Positions 25,817 to 32,000 of a stretch of DNA of 32,000 nt are shown piece after piece. The position numbers and the translations under genes were made by a program. Below the pieces are notes generated by a model. That model did no database searches. It saw only the letters and a program-made list of their open reading frames with translations, and had not been told where the DNA came from. Location of the stretch: the NCBI RefSeq assembly GCF_000172175.1, contig NZ_ABJL02000008.1:3107080-3139079 (forward strand). Direction: 5' to 3'. Origin of the DNA: Bacteroides intestinalis DSM 17393 (GTDB lineage: Bacteria > Bacteroidota > Bacteroidia > Bacteroidales > Bacteroidaceae). How positions within the stretch are numbered: the stretch's first letter is position 1; each line of letters opens with the position of its first letter.

Positions 25817-28800
25817 TAAAAAGGCGCATCTCAGGGACAATATAGAGGCAATCCGGCTGATGTTCCGTTTGGAGAAGGAACAGCGCACCGCCACACCGGA
25901 GGAAGCGGGCATACTCGCCGCCTACTCCGGGTTCGGAGGTATCAAGGCGGTTCTTTCCCCTTTCGGGAAACTCACCGACATACTCCGCTGGACACAGGCC
26001 GACCGTGAACTGTTCCCCCTGATTACGGAACTTCACAACGTCCTGCGTGACGGAGCAGCTGACGAGCGTGAGTACAGGAGGCTGGTGGAAAGCGTGAAGG
26101 CATCCACCTTTACCGCTTTCTACACGCCGCCGGCGATTGTCAATGCCATTGCCTCTTCTTTGGGCGAACACGGAGTGTCGCCCGGCCGTTTTCTCGATCC
26201 TTCATCGGGAACCGGCAATTTTGTCTCGGCCTTCCGATCGCAATGCCACTCCGCATCCGGCAACACTCCCGAAATTGTTGCCTATGAAAAGGATTTGCTT
26301 ACCGGCCGCATCCTTGCCCGGCTCCATCCCGAAGCGCAGGTCAATATCAAGGGCTTCGAGGAGTTGCCCCCGCACCGTAACGGCTATTTCGACGTGGTGA
26401 GCAGCAACATCCCCTTCGGTGACATACGTGTTTTCGATCCCTCCTTCGACAACGGCACGGCCAGGCGTTTTGCGCTGAACAGCCTGCACAACTATTTCTT
26501 CGCCAAAGGGCTGGATGCCGTCCGTGAGGGAGGAGTCCTCGCCTTCATCACCTCACAGGGGGTGATGAACTCCGCTATGGCCTATCCAGTAAGGCAATAC
26601 CTGATGAACCGATCCCGGCTGTTATCGGCTGTCCGCCTGCCCAACAACCTCTTTACCGACTATGCCGGTACGGAGGTGGGCAGCGACCTGATCATCTTGC
26701 AGAAGGACACGCTTTCCCAAAGGGAATATACGTCACTCGAACGGTCTTTCGTGGAAGTCGGCACGCAGACCGACGGGACGACGCAGAACGAGTATTTCGA
26801 GCATACCGCCGCCATCGTGCATACACGTGGCCATGTCGGTACCGATCCCTACGGCAAGCCGGCACGCATCTACCTGCATGACGGGGGTATGGAAGCCATC
26901 GCCGCCGACATGAAGTATTTCCTTGACCGCAACCTCTCGGAACAGCTCGATCTGGACTTGTATCTCCGCCATTCACCCGTGCAGGAGTTCCGCAATCTGG
27001 TGAGCCGTCCGGCGGAAACCATGCAGCAACGCATCGCACAGGTGCGGGAAATCAACCGGTCCGGTAACATGAACGGACATTCCACTTCTACGGATCGACA
27101 GACGATACAGGTGGAGCGTCGGACTTCCACGCCGGAGCAGCCCTCAACGGATGCCCGGCCAACCGCCGCAAAGACCACGCCGGAGCCGGTCATGTCCCTG
27201 TACGACCTTTTCGGCTTCACACAAGAGGAGCGTTCACAGGTCAGGAAAAGGAAAACAAGGAGCACGAAGAAGGACTCCGGGCAGTTGTCCCTTTTCGATA
27301 TGCCACCGTTGGAGCAACATCCCGCCCCGGCCGAACCGACTCCCCAAGAGAAAGAGCGGCAGGAGCGGGAACGGCAGGAACAGGAACGCCGCCGGCAGGA
27401 GGAAGAGGCCGCACGGCAGGAACGCATGAAGCCCCGTCCTTATCCGGCCGGCCTGCAGGGACACCACCGCAACGGCTCCCTTGTGGACGATGACGGGCAG
27501 ATAGGCTACCTCTCCGCCATTGGCGGGGCTGCACCGGTATTCAACCCGTTGGATCTGCCCGAACGCCAGCGACGCCGTGCGTCGCTCTACATCGAGATAC
27601 GTGACACCTACCATCACCTGTACGAGAACGAGGCGGCCGCCCATGCCGCAAATCCGGCGTTGCGCACCATGCTCAACACTCTTTACGATGACTTCATCCG
27701 TCAGTTCGGCAATCTGAACGACAGGAAGAACATCGACCTGTTCCGCATGGATGCGGGCAACCGTGAGATATTGTCGCTGGAACGTTACATCGACGGCCGG
27801 GCGGTCAAGGCCGACATCTTCGACCATCCCGTTTCGTACAACATCAACGAGATCACCCATACCGATGACGTGCACGAGGCGCTCACCGCCTCGCTCAACA
27901 AGTACGGCAACGTGGACATGGCGTACATGGAGTCCCTGACCGACAAATCGCAATCTGACTTGTTGGAGGAACTGCGTGGACGGATATTTTACAATCCCCT
28001 CTCGAAGAACTACGAGATTGCCGACCGTTTCATTTCCGGCAACGTCATGGCCAAGGCCGAACACATCGAGGAATATTTGCAGTCGCATCCCGACAACGGC
28101 GAGGCACGTATTTCCCTCGAAGCCCTGCGGCAGTCGCTTCCCGCGCCCATACCTTTCGAGGATCTGGATTTCAATTTCGGCGAGCGTTGGATACCGGCGG
28201 GAGTGTACAGCCGCTACGCCTCATGGCTGTTCGACACGGACGTGTCCGTCCGTTATACCGCCAGCAGTGACGAATACAGCATCAGGGCCGACATGACCTC
28301 CCCACGCATCATGAACCAATATTCGGTGCGTTCGGAAAGCCGCATCTTCAACGGCATCGCCCTTATGCGCCATGCCATCCACAACACCACGCCCAACATC
28401 ACCAAGACCGTATTGGACAAGACGGGCAAGGAAATGAAGATACGTGATCCGGAGGTTACCCTGCTTGCCAACAGCAAGATTGACGAGATCCGTAACGGCT
28501 TCTCCGACTGGCTCATGGAACAGTCGCCGGAGTTCAAGCGGAAAATGGCGGACATGTACAACCGCAAGTTCAACTGCTTCGTCCGTCCCAAGTACGACGG
28601 ATCGCACCAGAGCTTTCCCGGTCTTGACCTCAAGGGGCTGGGCATTCCCGACCTGTATCCCAGCCAGAAGGACTGCATCTGGATGCTCAAGCAGAACGGA
28701 GGGGGGATCGCCGATCACGAGGTGGGTGGCGGCAAGACGCTCATCATGTGCTGTGCCGCCTACGAGATGAAGCGTCTGGGACTGGCGAACAAGCCCCTTA

Positions 28801-31532
28801 TCACCGGCCTGAAGGCGAACATCCACGAGATCGCACAGACCTTCGCCACCGCCTACCCGAACGCCAAAGTCCTCTATCCCGGCAAGGAGGACTTCACGCC
28901 GGAGCGCCGTGTCGAGATTTTCCACCGGATGAAGAACAACGACTGGGACGCCATCATCCTCTCGCACGAGCAGTTCGGCATGATACCGCAGTCCCCCGAA
29001 ATCCAGCGTGACATCCTGCAACAGGAACTGGACAGTGTGGAAGAGAACCTCGAAGTCCTCTACCAGCAGGGTGCGGAAGTGAGCAACGCACAGATCAAGG
29101 GCATGGAGAAACGCAAGATGAACCTTGAGGTCAGGCTGAAAGAGCTGCTCCACGAGATCGAAACCCGCAAGGACGATGTGGCGGACTTCAAGCGCATGGG
29201 CATCGACCACCTCTTTGTCGATGAGAGCCACCGGTTCAAGAACCTGATGTTCACCACCCGGCACGACCGTGTGGCAGGTCTGGGCAACAGCGAGGGCAGC
29301 CAGCGTGCGCTCAACATGCTCTTCGCCCTGCGCACCATCCAGCAGCGCACCGGCAAGGATCTGGGAGCCACCTTCCTGTCGGGAACCACCATTTCCAACT
29401 CGCTGACCGAGCTGTACCTGCTCTTCAAGTACCTGCGCCCCCGGGAATTGGAGCGTCAGGGGATCAACTCCTTTGACGCATGGGCGGCGGTGTTTGCCCG
29501 GAAGTCCGTCGATTACGAGTTCTCCGTCACCAACGAGGTGGTGCAGAAAGAGCGTTTCCGCTACTTCATCAAGGTTCCGGAACTCGCTTCGTTCTATTCC
29601 GAGATCACCGACTTCCGTACCGCAGCCGACATCGGCATCGACCGTCCGGAGAAGAACGAGATACTGCACAACATACCCCCGACGCCCGACCAGAGGGAGT
29701 TCATACAGAAGCTCATCGAGTTCGCCAAGACCGGCAATGCCACCGTACTGGGCCGCCCGCCACTGAACGAGAGGGAAGAGAAGGCGAAGATGCTCATCGC
29801 CACCGACTACGCCCGGAAGATGTCGCTCGACATGCGGCTCATCGATCCGCTCTCCTACGGCGACGACAAGGACAACAAGGCCACCCATTGCGCCGATATG
29901 ATTGCGAAGTATTACAATAAATACGCCGGGCATAAAGGCACTCAGTTCGTTTTCTCGGACTTGGGAACCTACAAGCCCGACCAGTGGAATCCGTACAGCG
30001 AGATCAAGCGCAAGCTGGTGGAGGATCACGGCATCCCCGAAGACCAGATACGTTTCATTCAGGAAGCCAAGACCGAGAAGAAGCGCAAGGCGATGATCGA
30101 GGCGATGAACGAGGGAAAGATACGTGTTCTCTTCGGCTCTACTGAAATGCTGGGCACGGGAGTCAACGCCCAGAAGCGGTGTGTAGCCATCCATCATCTC
30201 GACGCACCGTGGCGGCCTTCGGACTTGCAGCAGCGGGACGGCCGGGGCATCCGAAAGGGCAACGAGGTGGCCAAACTCTATGCGGACAACAAGGTGGACG
30301 TGATAATCTACGCCGTGGAGAAGTCGCTTGACAGCTACAAGTTCAACCTGCTTTACAACAAGCAGCTTTTCATCACCCAGCTCAAGCAGAACAACATGGG
30401 TTGCCGTACCATCGACGAGGGAGGCATGGACGAGAAGGGAGGCATACCTTTCTCAGAGTACGTAGCGGTGCTTTCCGGAAATACCGACCTGCTCGACAAG
30501 GCACGGTTGGAGAAGCGGATTGCCGGCATGGAAGGGGAGCGCAAGGCCTTCCAGCGTGGCAAGGGGGAATCACGCATCAAACTGGAAACTTTCCTGGCGA
30601 ACCGGGCAAGCAACGATGACATCATCGCCCGTGTCAGGAAGGACAAGGCCGCCATCGAGAGCCGTATGCAGTACGACAAGGAGGGCAACAGGCTCAACCC
30701 CTTGAAGATTGACGGCGTGGCAGGCGATGATCCGAAAGTGATTGCCGCCAAGCTCCACGAGATAGAGGACAGGGAACGCACGCACGGCCAGCCGAAAGTC
30801 ATCGGCTCGCTCTATGGCTTCGACATCGTTGTCAAGACCGACACCACCGTCAAGGACGGTCTGGACTTCTGCGAGAACCGTTTCTTCGTGCGAGGTGAAG
30901 GCAACTTCCTCTACAACTATAACAACGGCCGCTTGGCGGTCGATCCGAAAACCGCCTGCCAGAACTTCATCAACGCCTTCGACAGCATCCCCCGCCTGAT
31001 AGAGAAATACACGAGGGACAACGAAGCCATTGAGAAGGAACTCCCCGTCCTGGAACAGGTCGTCGGGGAAGTCTGGAAAAAGGAGGACGAGCTGAAGCAG
31101 CTCAAGGCCGACCTTGCCGCTCTCGACCGCAAGATCCTGCTCTCCCTCAAATCAGTGGATGCGCAGGAAAAAAGCACCGACGGAGTAATCGAAGTCGTGC
31201 CCTCCCAACCGGTAACGCCCGACGGACAGGATAACGCCCCCGCCGCCGGCATACCCGTCGCCGATGCTCCGCCCGGCAGTTCCTCACCGGGCAGTGTCCC
31301 CACACAGGACACGCCCCCTGCCGAGCCTTATGTCCACCGGATGCCCGACTTCCTCGCCGACAGGCAGCGCACTCCGCCCAAACTAAGCGGAATGCCCAAA
31401 AGCATCAGCATCAAAGAGGCAATGGGAGCGCCCGGCGGCAAGCTCGTCATCGGAGGCGTCCCCAAGTCCGGCAACAAGGACGATCCCGATCCTGACCGGC
31501 CCGAAAAGCCCAAACCCAAGCTGAAGTTATAG
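25806..31532 (+). CDS. N6-adenine DNA methyltransferase / SNF2-family helicase fusion protein (1908 aa)
   Basis: The methyltransferase motifs are [11 protein letters not shown] (motif I) and SSNIPFGD (motif IV). The helicase motifs are [34 protein letters not shown] and [12 protein letters not shown]. Confidence 0.9.
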   Translation: MAYNKKAHLRDNIEAIRLMFRLEKEQRTATPEEAGILAAYSGFGGIKAVLSPFGKLTDILRWTQADRELFPLITELHNVLRDGAADEREYRRLVESVKASTFTAFYTPPAIVNAIASSLGEHGVSPGRFLDPSSGTGNFVSAFRSQCHSASGNTPEIVAYEKDLLTGRILARLHPEAQVNIKGFEELPPHRNGYFDVVSSNIPFGDIRVFDPSFDNGTARRFALNSLHNYFFAKGLDAVREGGVLAFITSQGVMNSAMAYPVRQYLMNRSRLLSAVRLPNNLFTDYAGTEVGSDLIILQKDTLSQREYTSLERSFVEVGTQTDGTTQNEYFEHTAAIVHTRGHVGTDPYGKPARIYLHDGGMEAIAADMKYFLDRNLSEQLDLDLYLRHSPVQEFRNLVSRPAETMQQRIAQVREINRSGNMNGHSTSTDRQTIQVERRTSTPEQPSTDARPTAAKTTPEPVMSLYDLFGFTQEERSQVRKRKTRSTKKDSGQLSLFDMPPLEQHPAPAEPTPQEKERQERERQEQERRRQEEEAARQERMKPRPYPAGLQGHHRNGSLVDDDGQIGYLSAIGGAAPVFNPLDLPERQRRRASLYIEIRDTYHHLYENEAAAHAANPALRTMLNTLYDDFIRQFGNLNDRKNIDLFRMDAGNREILSLERYIDGRAVKADIFDHPVSYNINEITHTDDVHEALTASLNKYGNVDMAYMESLTDKSQSDLLEELRGRIFYNPLSKNYEIADRFISGNVMAKAEHIEEYLQSHPDNGEARISLEALRQSLPAPIPFEDLDFNFGERWIPAGVYSRYASWLFDTDVSVRYTASSDEYSIRADMTSPRIMNQYSVRSESRIFNGIALMRHAIHNTTPNITKTVLDKTGKEMKIRDPEVTLLANSKIDEIRNGFSDWLMEQSPEFKRKMADMYNRKFNCFVRPKYDGSHQSFPGLDLKGLGIPDLYPSQKDCIWMLKQNGGGIADHEVGGGKTLIMCCAAYEMKRLGLANKPLITGLKANIHEIAQTFATAYPNAKVLYPGKEDFTPERRVEIFHRMKNNDWDAIILSHEQFGMIPQSPEIQRDILQQELDSVEENLEVLYQQGAEVSNAQIKGMEKRKMNLEVRLKELLHEIETRKDDVADFKRMGIDHLFVDESHRFKNLMFTTRHDRVAGLGNSEGSQRALNMLFALRTIQQRTGKDLGATFLSGTTISNSLTELYLLFKYLRPRELERQGINSFDAWAAVFARKSVDYEFSVTNEVVQKERFRYFIKVPELASFYSEITDFRTAADIGIDRPEKNEILHNIPPTPDQREFIQKLIEFAKTGNATVLGRPPLNEREEKAKMLIATDYARKMSLDMRLIDPLSYGDDKDNKATHCADMIAKYYNKYAGHKGTQFVFSDLGTYKPDQWNPYSEIKRKLVEDHGIPEDQIRFIQEAKTEKKRKAMIEAMNEGKIRVLFGSTEMLGTGVNAQKRCVAIHHLDAPWRPSDLQQRDGRGIRKGNEVAKLYADNKVDVIIYAVEKSLDSYKFNLLYNKQLFITQLKQNNMGCRTIDEGGMDEKGGIPFSEYVAVLSGNTDLLDKARLEKRIAGMEGERKAFQRGKGESRIKLETFLANRASNDDIIARVRKDKAAIESRMQYDKEGNRLNPLKIDGVAGDDPKVIAAKLHEIEDRERTHGQPKVIGSLYGFDIVVKTDTTVKDGLDFCENRFFVRGEGNFLYNYNNGRLAVDPKTACQNFINAFDSIPRLIEKYTRDNEAIEKELPVLEQVVGEVWKKEDELKQLKADLAALDRKILLSLKSVDAQEKSTDGVIEVVPSQPVTPDGQDNAPAAGIPVADAPPGSSSPGSVPTQDTPPAEPYVHRMPDFLADRQRTPPKLSGMPKSISIKEAMGAPGGKLVIGGVPKSGNKDDPDPDRPEKPKPKLKL

Positions 31533-31559
31533 CTCCTGTAACCGAAGCCATAAAAACAA

Positions 31560-31604
31560 CCCCACTCCGCCGGCTTCCCATGAAACAGCGGAGTGGGGTT
31601 TTAT
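31560..31604 (+). terminator. Intrinsic terminator of the methylase-helicase gene
   Basis: The 11-bp stem ccccactccgc (31560-31570) pairs with gcggagtgggg (31588-31598) and is followed by tttta. Confidence 0.7.
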
Positions 31605-31618
31605 ACTATACAGACAAC

Positions 31619-31659
31619 CGACATTTTACCGCCGTAAAATTTACGGCGGTAAAATGTCG
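31619..31659. repeat. Perfect 41-bp palindrome
   Basis: The sequence is cgacattttaccgccgtaaa a tttacggcggtaaaatgtcg: 20-bp arms, a 1-nt centre and no mismatch. Confidence 0.9.
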
Positions 31660-31711
31660 ATTTCCCTGAAGTTAAAAAAACATATATTATTCCTTATATA
31701 TACTCAAATCC

Positions 31712-31742
31712 TTGTTTAAAACAAAAGAAGTATCTATATTTG
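31712..31742 (+). promoter_or_regulatory. Candidate Bacteroides promoter
   Basis: TTG is at 31712-31714, followed by a 20-nt spacer and TAtaTTTG at 31735-31742. Confidence 0.35.
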
Positions 31743-31747
31743 CAGTG

Positions 31748-31805
31748 TCATCGCTCGAAGAACGAAGGACTTGGTTGCCCGCATTACCGTAAATGCGGTT
31801 TTTTT
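31748..31805 (+). ncRNA. Candidate small RNA (about 55-60 nt) defined only by a promoter and a terminator
   Basis: The promoter above is followed by the hairpin ccgcatt (31779-31785) / aatgcgg (31792-31798) and then T7 (31799-31805). There is no ORF, and the next gene is convergent. Confidence 0.25.
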
Positions 31806-31811
31806 ATGCCC

Positions 31812-32000
31812 TTATTTTTCCCTGTTTATATATTTGTTTTGGTAATAAGGTTGATTATCGCAATCAACACAAAATCCTGTAATTAATGCGTAATCCGGTT
31901 GTATGTATTCAACTATAACAATATATTGTTTACCTCTATACCAATAATAGTCACGGAGAGTTCCGTCATCTTCAATATACCGAAAATAAGTAATACGCTT
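31812..32000 (-). CDS. Hypothetical protein, 3' part only (the 5' end is outside the window)
   Basis: The reverse translation is open from 32000 and reads ...KRITYFRYIEDDGTLRDYYWYRGKQYIVIVEYIQPDYALITGFCVDCDNQPYYQNKYINREK. The stop is at 31812-31814. Confidence 0.3.
   Translation of the reverse strand, partial: KRITYFRYIEDDGTLRDYYWYRGKQYIVIVEYIQPDYALITGFCVDCDNQPYYQNKYINREK

Larger units (their letters stand above)
1..32000. mobile_element. Segment of a CTnDOT-family (Bacteroidales) integrative conjugative element: mobilisation/transfer backbone plus about 16 kb of cargo
   Basis: The gene order matches this ICE family: ParA | oriT-like region | MobC-family protein, relaxase, coupling protein | RteC | cargo | DUF3945, topoisomerase III, DUF1896, methylase-helicase. 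Promoter motifs are of the Bacteroides TAnnTTTG type. Confidence 0.8.

Noticed and set aside
28221-30197. A 658-aa ORF antisense to the helicase region, along with other long antisense ORFs (37-738, 1848-2576, 7822-8457, 12916-13557, 13714-14409, 17668-18633, 27234-28088).
   Set aside because: These are shadow ORFs typical of GC-rich coding sequence. Their composition is low-complexity or biased and they have no recognisable motifs. The opposite strand carries strongly supported genes.
1-32000. Search for CRISPR arrays, tRNA or rRNA genes, and transposase or IS elements.
   Set aside because: I saw no regularly spaced direct repeats, no cloverleaf-compatible segments next to the recombinase, no rRNA-like sequence and no DDE-transposase-like ORF.

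Overview
The window looks like part of a Bacteroidales CTnDOT-family integrative conjugative element (ICE). The backbone comprises a ParA-type ATPase (1-690, -), a hairpin- and repeat-rich divergent intergenic region that probably holds oriT, and then a MobC-family accessory protein, a relaxase and a type IV coupling protein (1490-5195, +). RteC follows at 5252-5872 (-). At the right end sit DUF3945, topoisomerase III, DUF1896 and a 1908-aa methyltransferase/SNF2-helicase fusion (21856-31532, +). About 16 kb of cargo lies between RteC and DUF3945, and all of it except one AraC-family gene (18861-19736, +) is on the minus strand. The cargo starts with a type V (Mfa/Fim-like) pilus operon at 18624 -> 12247, whose last gene ends in a lectin-like variable repeat. 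Next comes a complete diversity-generating retroelement (DGR) with a MutS-domain-I-like ORF, Avd, the template repeat and the RT. After that come a GNAT-like ORF, an IbrA-like PAPS-reductase/PP-loop gene, an IbrB-like ParB/Srx gene, a hypothetical ORF and an AraC regulator. Six observations deserve a second look. (1) Two lox-like sites, each 12-bp inverted arms around a 7-bp asymmetric spacer, form a 20/20 inverted repeat around an AraC gene. They also enclose an orphan outward-facing consensus promoter, and a tyrosine recombinase gene sits beside them. I predict an invertible ON/OFF switch for the pilus-DGR operon, currently OFF. (2) A third partial copy of the site lies exactly where composition switches from AT-rich to GC-rich. 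(3) TR and VR differ at about 19 TR-adenine positions but also at about 14-15 non-adenine positions and by a 3-nt indel. (4) The RT and the IbrA-like gene each carry a 1-nt-short homopolymer frameshift near the 5' end. (5) The GNAT/IbrA/IbrB trio is packed directly behind the RT. (6) A perfect 41-bp palindrome and an orphan promoter-terminator unit lie at the right edge. No rRNA, tRNA or CRISPR array was seen. All protein family calls rest on motif recognition by eye and none has been checked by database search.
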